A stretch of DNA of 64,000 nucleotides from Candidatus Dechloromonas phosphorivorans (lineage in GTDB: Bacteria > Pseudomonadota > Gammaproteobacteria > Burkholderiales > Rhodocyclaceae): positions 11,981 through 75,980 of the forward strand of contig JADJMS010000015.1 of NCBI GenBank assembly GCA_016709495.1. Reading direction: 5' to 3'. Position numbers and translations under genes: made by a program. This document shows, piece after piece, positions 12,302 through 21,521 of this stretch; position 1 is the first letter of the stretch, and every line of letters starts with the position of its first letter. The notes under the pieces are model-generated. The model did not search any database. It was not told the DNA's origin and saw only the letters and a program-made list of their open reading frames with translations.

Positions 12302-12930
12302 AAGCCTTTCTCGTCGCCAACCCCAAGGGTGGCTCCGGTAAAAGCACGCTGGCCACCAATCTGGCCGGCTATTTCGCTTCCAAACGCCATGAGGTGATGC
12401 TGGGTGATATTGACCGCCAGCAATCCTCGCGCGAATGGCTGGCGATCCGGCCTTTCGAGTTGCCCAGCATCGATACCTGGGAAGTCGGCGCCGACAGTAT
12501 TTCCCGCCCGCCGAAGGGCGCTACGCATGTTGTGCTCGATACGCCAGCTGGCCTGCACGGCAAAATGCTGGAGCGGGTGCTCAAGTTGTCGACCCGGATG
12601 ATCATTCCGGTACAGCCGTCGATGTTCGACATGCTGGCCACCCGTCACTTTTTGCAAGCCTTGCTGGCAGAGAAGTCAGTGCGCAAAGGCAAAATTGATG
12701 TTGCTGTGATCGGGATGCGAGTCGATGCACGAACCCGCGCTGCCGGCGAACTGGAAAAATTCTTTGCTACTTTCGATCTGCCGGTGCTGACTTATTTGCG
12801 TGATACCCAAGTGTACGTTCAGGCAACGGCCGCCGGGATGACTATTTTTGATCTGCCGCCCTCACGTGCCGAACGTGATCTGGAGCAATGGCGAACGATT
12901 ATTGATTGGGTGGAAGAAGGCGACGAATAA
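12298..12930 (+). CDS. ParA/MinD-like P-loop ATPase (orphan)
   Basis: MKAFLVANPKGGSGKSTLATNLAGYFA carries the deviant Walker A. ATGA overlap with the TAXI gene. Confidence 0.8.
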   Translation: MKAFLVANPKGGSGKSTLATNLAGYFASKRHEVMLGDIDRQQSSREWLAIRPFELPSIDTWEVGADSISRPPKGATHVVLDTPAGLHGKMLERVLKLSTRMIIPVQPSMFDMLATRHFLQALLAEKSVRKGKIDVAVIGMRVDARTRAAGELEKFFATFDLPVLTYLRDTQVYVQATAAGMTIFDLPPSRAERDLEQWRTIIDWVEEGDE

Positions 12931-12933
12931 AGC

Positions 12934-12947
12934 ATTACGGTCAACGC
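12934..12947 (+). repeat. Over-represented oligomer copy: ATTACGGTCAACGC
   Basis: Lies 4 nt after the parA-like stop. The hairpin ATCGGCTAAAAATTTAGCCGAT follows. Confidence 0.8.
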
Positions 12948-12965
12948 GCAAAATCGGCTAAAAAT

Positions 12966-14387
12966 TTAGCCGATAGACCCATCCTGCAGCAAGGCTTCGG
13001 CAGACTGGCTGGTTTTCCACCAATTGATAAATTCCGGCAGGTCGATTGCCTTCGAATAAAAATAGCCTTGCGCGAAGCGGCAGCCGAGCGACGAAATAAT
13101 GCCGAGGATTTCTGCCGTTTCAACGCCCTCAGCAATGACGCTCATTTTGAGTCGGGTCGCCAACTGGATTACCGAGGTAATAATCTCGCGCGCCTTCTCC
13201 GATTCGGCTACCTGACGGACGAACATCTGGTCGATCTTTACCTCCTGTACCGGCAGGCGCTGCAGGTAACTCATGCCTGAATAGCCTGTCCCGAAGTCAT
13301 CGATCGACAGGCGCAAACCGAGTTTGCGCATGCGGTTCAACACATCCATGACTTGCCAGCTTTCCTCAACCATCATGGTTTCGGTAATTTCGAGCAGGAA
13401 CTTTGAGGGGGCAATATCCCAGGTCGCCAACGCCTGCCCAATCATGTCGGGAAGTTCCGTGTCGAGCAGGTCGTTGGCTGACAGATTGATCGAAAGAACA
13501 ATGTCGATGCCTTGCTCGGCTAGTTGCAGCTGAATCTGTGTTGCCTGTTGCAGCAGCCAGCGATTGAAGGTCTGGCGCAAGCCAAGGCGATCAATTGCCT
13601 CAAGAATGATCGGCGGCGAAACCCATTCGCCATTGCTGCGCTGCCAGCGGAGCAGCGCCTCGGCACCGGTGCAACGGCCGGTAGTAATTTCGATTTGAGG
13701 TTGCAAATATAGGGCAAGCTCGCGATTGTTGTGCAGTGCCTGACGCAGGTCATTCTGCAGGCCTTGCTGGTCGTCGCTGTCGACTTCCATCTCCGGTTTA
13801 TAGCTTTGAATATCGGCGTTGCCATGTTCGGCAAACAACCGGGCAATACGTGCTGACTGCACCAGAAACAAGGGGTCGCTGCTGTCATCCGGCCATTGTG
13901 CCGAGCCGATGGCCAGACGCGGCAAATGGCTGAGTCCATCGAATTTTTCAATGCTGGCCAGGCCGTCGCGGAGGCGGATCATCGCCAGCGTGAGCGCCGA
14001 ACTGCTGATCAAATTGGGCAAAATAATCAACCATTCGCGCTGGCTGATCGTGTAGATCCGGTCTTGTGAGCGCAGCAAAGAGCGCATCTTTTGCGAAGCC
14101 TCGATGCGCAGTTTGTGTACCGAGTCCGCCGAGCGACGGAAAAGCTTTGCATCTGGCACTACAGCCAGCGCAATGACACCCAGTATGCGATTGGGCTGAT
14201 TGTCACGCATCAATTGAGTGAGATCAGCCAGTGCACTGGCCATGCGTGGCAAGCCGGTAGTCTGGTCGATACGGTCAGTTTGACGTGTCGATAACTTGGT
14301 GTTTTGTTCAGGCAAGATAAAACTCGGCGGGGTCAATGCCGTAGGCGTTGGTTGGCAAGGCTTGGGTGATGCGGTATTCGCGGCCAT
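12966..14387 (-). CDS. EAL-domain c-di-GMP phosphodiesterase with a degenerate GGDEF-like N-terminal domain
   Basis: GAEALLRW, EITETMMVEE, LSIDDFGTGYSGMSYL and KIDQMFV motifs are present. The true start may be the internal ATG at 14243, because 14308-14387 overlaps the upstream HD-GYP gene. Confidence 0.8.
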   Translation of the reverse strand: MAANTASPKPCQPTPTALTPPSFILPEQNTKLSTRQTDRIDQTTGLPRMASALADLTQLMRDNQPNRILGVIALAVVPDAKLFRRSADSVHKLRIEASQKMRSLLRSQDRIYTISQREWLIILPNLISSSALTLAMIRLRDGLASIEKFDGLSHLPRLAIGSAQWPDDSSDPLFLVQSARIARLFAEHGNADIQSYKPEMEVDSDDQQGLQNDLRQALHNNRELALYLQPQIEITTGRCTGAEALLRWQRSNGEWVSPPIILEAIDRLGLRQTFNRWLLQQATQIQLQLAEQGIDIVLSINLSANDLLDTELPDMIGQALATWDIAPSKFLLEITETMMVEESWQVMDVLNRMRKLGLRLSIDDFGTGYSGMSYLQRLPVQEVKIDQMFVRQVAESEKAREIITSVIQLATRLKMSVIAEGVETAEILGIISSLGCRFAQGYFYSKAIDLPEFINWWKTSQSAEALLQDGSIG

Positions 14388-15627
14388 CAGGCGTTATGGG
14401 ATCCATCATCAGATCAAGCGTAATCGGATAGCACTCAACGCTTTTGTCGTGGGCAAGGACAATCAGCAGGCGGGGTTTGAGTCGGCGAATCTGGTTTTGC
14501 TGAATGACTACGCCAACTTCGCCGGTGTTCAGCTCAACCAGGCTGCCTATCGGGTAAATGCCGATGCATTGAATGAACTGATCGACTACCGAGTCACGGA
14601 ATTTTATGCCGCGCATGCGAATTAACGCTTCCAGCGCTTTCTGCGAAGAAATGGCCGGCCCGTAGGCGCGGTTGCGTGTCATGGCGCAATAGCTGTCAGC
14701 CAGGCCGGCGAGTTCGCCATGAAAGGAGATGCGCTCGCCTTTCAGGCGCCGTGGATAACCGCTGCCATCAACCCGTTCGTGGTGACTGGCAACGATATCC
14801 AGCACATGGGTCGGGAAGCCTTCGCGGCCGAGCAACATCTCAAGCGAACTGGCAACATGCGACTGCACCAGCAGGTATTCTTCCTTGGTCAAGTCGCCGG
14901 GCTTGGAAAGAATTTCGGTCGGGATGTCGATCTTGCCAATATCCATCATCATGCCAGCCAGCCCAAGTTGCTCGATGGTGTTGAGCGGCAAGCCGAGGAA
15001 GCGGGCAAACACCATCAGATGCACTGAAACATCAATTGCATGGTCGTAGGAGTATTGGTCGGCTGAGCGCAGGCGAGCCAGCCAGAGCATGGCGTCGGCG
15101 TTGCGCTCAATGGCCTGGGCCATTTCGGAAACCTGGCTGCCGATCTCCTTGAGTGACACGTTTTGCGACTGACTCAAACCTTCGCGAATGCTTTTTAATG
15201 TCTTTTTGACGTCATCGACGAGCGGCGCGGTAAAAAGCAGCTCGGCTTCCAGCTGACTTTGCTGGTCGGCCGCGTTGAGATCGGGCGAATAACGGTAGCG
15301 TCTGGTGAATGGCTCCCGGCGAAGGTGCCGGCAAATGTCGGCAAAATCATCGGGTCGGGCATCTGTGACCTTGTTGAAGACTGGCAGGCTGCCGGGTGGC
15401 CGGGGAGCATCCTTGCCGTTGTCGCGCGGGGCGTAAGCGTCTCCGAGCGAACGACTACGGTCGACCGTTACTTGCCGGCAATATTGCTGCAGGGTGGCAA
15501 TCTGCGCTTCTGTCTCTATCACCAGTCCCTGCATGATGAATGGTGTCTCGATCCATGGTCGATCAAGGTCGCTGACAAACATTCCGATCTGCAGGTCGAG
15601 AGTTAGAACGTTGATCTTGTGCGACAT
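14308..15627 (-). CDS. HD-GYP domain c-di-GMP phosphodiesterase
   Basis: Has HHERVDGSGYPRRLKG and MMDIGKIDIP, with an N-terminal DUF3391-like region. Confidence 0.8.
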   Translation of the reverse strand: MSHKINVLTLDLQIGMFVSDLDRPWIETPFIMQGLVIETEAQIATLQQYCRQVTVDRSRSLGDAYAPRDNGKDAPRPPGSLPVFNKVTDARPDDFADICRHLRREPFTRRYRYSPDLNAADQQSQLEAELLFTAPLVDDVKKTLKSIREGLSQSQNVSLKEIGSQVSEMAQAIERNADAMLWLARLRSADQYSYDHAIDVSVHLMVFARFLGLPLNTIEQLGLAGMMMDIGKIDIPTEILSKPGDLTKEEYLLVQSHVASSLEMLLGREGFPTHVLDIVASHHERVDGSGYPRRLKGERISFHGELAGLADSYCAMTRNRAYGPAISSQKALEALIRMRGIKFRDSVVDQFIQCIGIYPIGSLVELNTGEVGVVIQQNQIRRLKPRLLIVLAHDKSVECYPITLDLMMDPITPDGREYRITQALPTNAYGIDPAEFYLA

Positions 15628-15722
15628 CCAGTTCGGTCTATTAGCATGGCGAAATGAGGATTTTACTCTCGCAATCGCTGCGCGTATTTGGCATAACGTT
15701 TTTTTACAGTTTGAAAAAGGTC

Positions 15723-16739
15723 TTAATTTCCGCCATCGCCAACCAATGCATAGGGCGCCCAGAAAATCGGATGGGCGTATGAAAAGCGCAATTTCCCCTC
15801 GCCACCATCTTCGCTCATCACTTTCAACATCGACCGGCGTAGCGCTTCGGCGCGAATAATCTGCGGCGCGTTGCCTAGCTCGTTGAAAACGCCAACCACC
15901 AACTTCTGCGCCGAGACGGTTTCAACAGGCCAGTGTGTGACCAGCAGTGAGCGGCTGCCACTGTAGAAGAAACCACGGCCTAGTCCGGAAACAGCCTCGC
16001 CACCACGCCCGTCACCGGCGGCCGTGTTGCAGGCGGAAAGCACAACCCAGTCGGCATCCAGTTTCAGGGTCAGGATGTCATCTAGTGAGAGCAAACCGTG
16101 TTGGCCGCCGCCGGGATTGGCGAGAGCCAATGCGGGTTGATCCATGCCGGGATATTCACCAGAAATCAACCAATGTGTGGCAAAGGCGATGATGCGGCGT
16201 TGTGCTAAATCAGCCTTGAGTACGCTATCCCGACTGGCGTTCTTGCCGAGAAAACGTCGTATTCATTGTTGGCGTTGAGTGTTTTGGCCAAGGCGAGAAT
16301 TTCGCTACGCATGGTCGCCGGGTAGTTGACCCTGCTTGTTTTGCGGGGTAATGCTGATAGCCTTTTTGCAAGCTTCAATTGCGAGGCGTATGTTTCCGCC
16401 GTCGTGTTCGGCGCGGCACATTTCTTTCCAGACGCGTGAAGGATTGCTGCCACCGCCGAGGCTGATTGTCGTGCGAAGCTCCGTGATCCGGGTATTGGCC
16501 AGCCCCAGTTCCTGAGCAGCGCGACCGCGTTACCAGTGGATATTGGCCAATTCAAGATTGCTCGCTCCTTCAGGTAACGGGGCATCCAATATTTTCTGCG
16601 CGGTATCGCGCTTGACTTCGTTGACCGGGTACTTGTCGAGCGCGGCCATGATTTCCTGTACCGAGCGCGAACGCGCCGGCTCGGCCTGTACGACACCAGG
16701 GAGAAGCAGGAGGATCAACAACAGCGAAAACCAGTTCAT
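15723..16739 (-). pseudogene. Degraded CHAT-domain (caspase-like) protein gene: one frame, three in-frame stops, internally truncated
   Basis: A single minus-strand frame runs from signal peptide MNWFSLLLILLLLPGVVQA to the CHAT His/Cys region (IIAFATHWL ... VVLSACNTAAGDG). It is interrupted by TAA (16530-16532), TAG (16305-16307) and TGA (16263-16265). Only ~339 codons remain, whereas the CHAT-domain proteins I recall are several times longer. Confidence 0.6.
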
Positions 16740-16779
16740 TTTTGTTTCCAGCAGTGAAATCGTGCAGATATTTTAAAGC

Positions 16780-16793
16780 GTTACGGTCAACGC
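16780..16793 (+). repeat. Over-represented oligomer copy: GTTACGGTCAACGC
   Basis: Overlaps the stop codon of the LysR gene (minus strand). Confidence 0.8.
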
Positions 16794-17680
16794 CTGAATT
16801 TGCTCGATTTTTTCAATTCGTCGAGAAACCAGGCGAGTGCCTTGCCGACATTGCGGCTGCGCCAGGCGATGTGGGCGGGCATGGGCTGGCCTGGTTCGGC
16901 GAGTTCGCGTTGTATCAGTCGCCCGGCGGCGATTTCCGGGTCGGCCAGCCAGTGTGGCAGGTGGCCGACGCCGAGTCCGGCAACCTGGGCACTGGCCTTG
17001 GCGGCCATGTTGGGTACACGCAAGGTGTCCTGGCCTTCGAGCAGGCCGATGGTGCGGGCGGTGAGTTCCTGCGAGGTGTCGGCAATGACGACGGCGCGAT
17101 GGCGGCGCAATTCGCTGTTGGGGATCGGATCGGCGTAGGCGGCGAGCGGGTGACTGGGTGAAATTGCAAAGATCAGTTGCGAGTGGCCGAGCAGGCGGCT
17201 CATCATGCCGCTGCGTGCCGGCATGTCGCCGGGGGCGCCGATCACCAGATCAGCGCGGCCCGTCGCCAGCGCATCCCAAGTGCCGCCGAGCACTTCGTAA
17301 ATCAGTCGAATCTGCGTGCCGTGGCCAATTTCATAAAAGCGTTCGAGCAGCGGGAAAAGGCGTTCGACCGGAATCACCATGTCGATGGCGATACGTAGTT
17401 CCGCTTCCCAGCCATGGGCGATGCGCTGCACCCTGCGTTCCAGTTCGTCGGCGGCGCGTAGCAGGTGGCGCCCCTCGTCGAGCAGGGTTCGGCCGGCTTC
17501 ATTGAGCGTCGCGCGGCGGCCTTCTCTGATGAAAAACTGAACATCCAGCTCGCACTCCAGTTTGGCTATGGCATGGGACAGCGCCGAAGGCACGCGATGC
17601 AGTGCGCTGGCGGCGGCCGTGAAACTGCCGTGGCGGTCAATGGCGTCGAGAATGTGCAGAAGATCGAGAGAGATTTTCAT
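16787..17680 (-). CDS. LysR-family transcriptional regulator
   Basis: The N-terminal HTH (FTAAASALHRVPSALSHAIAKLE) and the LysR substrate-binding domain are present. Divergent from the pirin gene. Confidence 0.9.
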   Translation of the reverse strand: MKISLDLLHILDAIDRHGSFTAAASALHRVPSALSHAIAKLECELDVQFFIREGRRATLNEAGRTLLDEGRHLLRAADELERRVQRIAHGWEAELRIAIDMVIPVERLFPLLERFYEIGHGTQIRLIYEVLGGTWDALATGRADLVIGAPGDMPARSGMMSRLLGHSQLIFAISPSHPLAAYADPIPNSELRRHRAVVIADTSQELTARTIGLLEGQDTLRVPNMAAKASAQVAGLGVGHLPHWLADPEIAAGRLIQRELAEPGQPMPAHIAWRSRNVGKALAWFLDELKKSSKFRR

Positions 17681-17784
17681 GTGAATTTAATTGAACGATT
17701 TGTCCATAATAATTCGCTGGAATGCATTGAACTGTACGCCTAGTATGGCAACTAAGCTATATCTTTAATTCACAAGGAGTTCCC

Positions 17785-18490
17785 ATGATCACCCTGCGCC
17801 CTTCCGGCGAACGCGGCTATGCCGACCACGGCTGGCTCAAGGCTCGCCACAGTTTTTCGTTTGCCAACTATTACGACCCGGCGGAAATGGGCTGGGGCGC
17901 CTTGCGTGTAATCAACGAAGACCGCGTCGCACCCGGCCAGGGTTTCGGTACGCATGGTCACCGCGACATGGAAATCGTTACTTATATCCTGTCCGGGGCG
18001 CTGGAGCATAAAGACAACCTGGGTAGCGGTGGCATCATCAAGCGTGGCGAAGTGCAGCGCATGAGTGCCGGCAAGGGGGTCATGCACAGCGAGTTCAATC
18101 CGTCGCCGGACGAGGAAACGCATTTGCTGCAAATCTGGATAGCCCCGGCCCGTCCGGGTGGGCCGGCCAGCTACGAGCAGCAGGCGTTGACCGTCGATGC
18201 CATGCGCGGTCACTGGCATCTGGTCGCATCGCCCGATGGCGCGGAGGGCAGCACGACCATCGGTCAGGATGCGCGGATTTTTGCCAGCGTGCTGGGTGCC
18301 GGCGAGGCGATCAGCCATCGCCTGGCAAGTGGGCGGCTGGCATACGTGCAGATGGTGCGCGGTCAACTCACCTGAACGGTAAAAAATGAGCGCCGGTGAC
18401 GGTGCCAAGATTACCGATGAAAGTGATCTTCAATTTCTGGCTGGTGAAGAAGCCGAGTTTTTGCTCTTCGACCTGCCGCCGCAAGTCTGA
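17785..18490 (+). CDS. Pirin-family protein (YhhW-like), with two 1-nt homopolymer deletions near 18372 and 18381-18386
   Basis: [23 protein letters not shown] is the pirin cupin motif. The C-terminus ([34 protein letters not shown]) lies in another frame. Restoring CC to CCC and A6 to A7 rejoins the frames. Confidence 0.85.
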
Positions 18491-18514
18491 TTATTAATTC
18501 AAAGGGAAAACACC

Positions 18515-19069
18515 ATGAGCAAAGTTATCGTTGTTTATCACTCCGGCTACGGCCACACCAAGCGCGTTGCCGAATCAGTCGCCGAAGGCGCTGCAGCCGA
18601 ACTGCTGGCCATCGATGCCGAAGGCAATCTGCCGGACGGCGGCTGGGAAAAACTGGCCGCTGCTGATGCCATCATTTTCGGTACGCCAACCTACATGGGC
18701 GGCGCCAGCTGGCAATTCAAGAAATTTGCCGATGCCTCCTCCAAGCCCTGGTATGGCCGTGCCTGGCAGGACAAGGTGTTCGGCGGTTTCACCAACAGCG
18801 CCAGCCTGAATGGTGACAAGCAAGTGACCTTGATCGGCCTGCAAACCCTGGCCTCGCAGCATGGCGGCATCTGGGTCAGCCTCGGTCTGTTGCCGAGCAA
18901 TAGCAAGGCAGCAGCGCGTACCGACATCAACAATCTCGGCGGTTCGGTCGGCTTGCTGGTCCAGTCGCCATCCGATGCCGGCGTGGATGAAATCCCGCAG
19001 GGCGATCTCGATACCGCCAAGCGCTACGGCCAGCGTGTTGCCGAAGTGGCGGCCAAGCTGCACGGCTAA
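18515..19069 (+). CDS. Flavodoxin-like NAD(P)H:quinone oxidoreductase (WrbA-like)
   Basis: MSKVIVVYHSGYGHTKRVAESV...FGTPTYMGGASWQFKKF is flavodoxin-fold, WrbA type. Confidence 0.75.
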   Translation: MSKVIVVYHSGYGHTKRVAESVAEGAAAELLAIDAEGNLPDGGWEKLAAADAIIFGTPTYMGGASWQFKKFADASSKPWYGRAWQDKVFGGFTNSASLNGDKQVTLIGLQTLASQHGGIWVSLGLLPSNSKAAARTDINNLGGSVGLLVQSPSDAGVDEIPQGDLDTAKRYGQRVAEVAAKLHG

Positions 19070-19116
19070 ACGCCGCGCTGTTATAGTGCGGTCATTCCCC
19101 TCTTCGGAGTGACCGC

Positions 19117-19917
19117 ATGGCCCTCACTACCTCCTTGGCTGACCTTTCGGTTGTCTTGGTCGAACCTTCCAGCATGCAGGCCAATCTGGTCACGCGCATG
19201 TTGCAGCATCAAGGCGTGCGCCAGGTGCATGCGCTGGAAAACGGGCAAGCCGCGCTGGATATGATGAAATCCGGTAGGGATGGTTTGCTGGTGATCAGCA
19301 GTCTTTACCTGCCTGATATGGCCGGCACCGAGCTGGTCGCCGCAATGCGTGCCGATCAGGATCTGGAGGCGGTTCCCTTCATCCTGATTTCCAGCGAAAC
19401 GCGGCCGCAAGTGCTCGACCCGGTGCGTCAGTCCGGAGCCTGCAGCATTGTCACCAAGCCGTTCAACGAACAGCAATTGTCGCGGGCGCTTTACGCGGCT
19501 GCCGATTACCTCAATCCGCCGGAAGATCTCGATGTCGCGGAAATCGAAACCCTGCGCGTTCTGCTCGTCGACGATAGCAAAATGTCCCGCCGCCACCTGC
19601 GCCGCCTGCTCGAAGAGTTGGGCATCGAGCGTATTACCGAGGCTGAGGACGGCAAGCAAGCGGTTGCGTTATTGCAGGGGACGATGGTCGATCTGGTCAT
19701 CACCGATTACAACATGCCGGAAATGGATGGCCGCGAACTGATCGAGTACATCCGTACCCAGAGCTGGCAGGCTGAAGTGCCCATCCTGATGGTGACCAGC
19801 GAACAGAACATGGGGCGTCTGGCTGCGGTTGAGCGGGCCGGCGTTTCGGCGATTTGTGACAAGCCGTTTGAAGCGGGCAGCATTCGCAAGTTGATTAGCG
19901 AATCCCTGACTCGCTAA
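19117..19917 (+). CDS. Tandem receiver-domain response regulator (first REC degenerate, second canonical)
   Basis: REC2 has VLLVDDSKMS...LVITDYNMPEMDG...CDKPF. REC1 has VLVEPSS and LVISSLYLPDMAG, so the acidic pocket and phospho-Asp positions are replaced. There is no output domain. Confidence 0.8.
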   Translation: MALTTSLADLSVVLVEPSSMQANLVTRMLQHQGVRQVHALENGQAALDMMKSGRDGLLVISSLYLPDMAGTELVAAMRADQDLEAVPFILISSETRPQVLDPVRQSGACSIVTKPFNEQQLSRALYAAADYLNPPEDLDVAEIETLRVLLVDDSKMSRRHLRRLLEELGIERITEAEDGKQAVALLQGTMVDLVITDYNMPEMDGRELIEYIRTQSWQAEVPILMVTSEQNMGRLAAVERAGVSAICDKPFEAGSIRKLISESLTR

Positions 19918-19961
19918 ACGATCGTTGGTTTGATCGCTATTAAAAAAACTGTTGTTTTTTT

Positions 19962-19975
19962 GCGTCGACCGTAAG
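19962..19975 (-). repeat. Over-represented oligomer, GTCGAC variant (plus strand reads GCGTCGACCGTAAG)
   Basis: Lies 45 nt downstream of the tandem-REC gene stop. Confidence 0.55.
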
Positions 19976-20112
19976 CGTTTGAACGAAGTCTGATCTGGGT
20001 CAAGTGTTGTTCGAATAAATCTGGAAATCGGCTGGCCGACGTCAATTCCCTGTGGCATAGTGCTTAAAAATGTTGCGACGCAACAATAATTTTATGTTTC
20101 AAGGGGAACGCC

Positions 20113-21438
20113 ATGTTTGATTTCTGGATCCAGTTTGCGCTGGTTTTGACCGCTATTCTGATCGGCATCCGCCGTGGTGGTGTCGCTCTCGGCCTGATTG
20201 GCGGATTGGGTGTTGCGGTACTGACTTTTGGCTTCCGCGTCGCACCATCCGAGCCGCCGATCACGGTGATGCTGATCATCCTCGCCGTCGTTACCGCCTC
20301 GGCCACCCTGCAAGTAGCAGGCGGCCTTGATTTTCTGGTCCAGCAGGCCGAACGCCTGATGCGCAAGCACCCCCAGCAAATTACCATTCTGGCGCCGCTC
20401 TCCACCTTTTTGCTGACAGTCTGCGTCGGTACCGGCCACGCCGTCTATTCGCTGCTGCCGGTGATCGCCGATGTGGCGCTAAAAACCAAAATTCGTCCCG
20501 AACGGCCGATGGCGATTGCCAGCGTAGCGTCGCAAATGGGCATCACCGCCAGCCCGGTGGCTGCCGCCGTGACCACCTTTCTGGCGCTGACCGCAAAAAC
20601 GGGGACGCCGGTCACTCTCGGTCAAATCCTGATGGTCACCCTGCCGGCTGGTTTGATCGGCGTGATTGCTGCTGCCCTGTGGAGCATGAATCGCGGCCTT
20701 GATCTCGACAAAGACCCGGAATTTCTCGAGCGCATGAAAGACCCGGCTTTCCGTGCTTCGGTCGAAATGTCGGTGACGACGCTCGACAAACAGTTGCCGC
20801 GTGCCGCCAAGCTGTCGGTCATCATCTTTTTCTCCGGCATCCTGACCATCGTCGCCCTGGCACTTTTTCCGCAGTTGCTGCCACTGGTCAAGGGCAAGCC
20901 GATGCCGATGACGACGGTGGTGCAGGTGGTTATGCTGGCCTTCGGTGCTTTCATCCTCTTCGCCGCTGACGTCAAGGCAGCCGCCATTGCCAAATCTGAA
21001 GTGTTTACCGCCGGCATGATTGCCGTCGTCTCGATTTTCGGTATTGCCTGGATGAGCGATACCTTCGTCAAGGCCAACGAAACCTTCCTCGTCGATAACA
21101 TCAAATCGATGGTCGAATACGCGCCCTGGACCTTCGCCCTGGCCATGTTCGCCGTCTCCGCCTTCGTCAAGAGTCAGGCGGCAACCTTGACCATCATGCT
21201 GCCCTTCGGCCTCGCCCTTGGTCTCTCGCCGCAGCTATTGCTCGGCCTGATGCCCTCCTGCTACGCCTACTTCTTTTTCGCCTTCTACCCGAGCGATCTG
21301 GCGGCAATCAACATGGACCGCAGCGGCACGACGCGCATCGGCAAATACCTGCTCAACCATAGCTTCATGATTCCGGGCTGGATCGGCGTTATCGTCTCGA
21401 CGATCGTTGCTTATGGCTTGGCGCAGGTGTATTTCTGA
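20113..21438 (+). CDS. Anaerobic C4-dicarboxylate transporter (DcuA/DcuB family)
   Basis: 441-aa polytopic membrane protein. The N-terminus MFDFWIQFALVLTAILIGIRRGGVALGLIGGLG is Dcu-like. Confidence 0.8.
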   Translation: MFDFWIQFALVLTAILIGIRRGGVALGLIGGLGVAVLTFGFRVAPSEPPITVMLIILAVVTASATLQVAGGLDFLVQQAERLMRKHPQQITILAPLSTFLLTVCVGTGHAVYSLLPVIADVALKTKIRPERPMAIASVASQMGITASPVAAAVTTFLALTAKTGTPVTLGQILMVTLPAGLIGVIAAALWSMNRGLDLDKDPEFLERMKDPAFRASVEMSVTTLDKQLPRAAKLSVIIFFSGILTIVALALFPQLLPLVKGKPMPMTTVVQVVMLAFGAFILFAADVKAAAIAKSEVFTAGMIAVVSIFGIAWMSDTFVKANETFLVDNIKSMVEYAPWTFALAMFAVSAFVKSQAATLTIMLPFGLALGLSPQLLLGLMPSCYAYFFFAFYPSDLAAINMDRSGTTRIGKYLLNHSFMIPGWIGVIVSTIVAYGLAQVYF

Positions 21439-21471
21439 AATTAACAATTCGCAATATCCCTGTACCAAATG

Positions 21472-21500
21472 AAAAACCCCCAGACTTTGCTGGGGGTTTT
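21472..21500. terminator. Bidirectional intrinsic terminator between the dcu-like and PEP-CTERM genes
   Basis: AAAAA-CCCCCAG-ACTTTG-CTGGGGG-TTTT: a perfect 7-bp GC-rich stem flanked by an A-run and a T-run. Confidence 0.85.
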
Positions 21501-21521
21501 GACTGGCGGGCGCTGAATAAG

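Noticed and set aside
16263-16532. Stop-codon readthrough or selenocysteine/pyrrolysine in the CHAT-like frame
   Set aside because: All three stop codon types occur within 270 nt, and the protein is also internally truncated. I saw no SECIS-like hairpin after the TGA.
16205-16696. 163-aa ORF overlapping the CHAT relic in another frame
   Set aside because: The homologous frame (signal peptide through to the CHAT His/Cys motifs) is a different one. This ORF is basic, low-complexity and unsupported.
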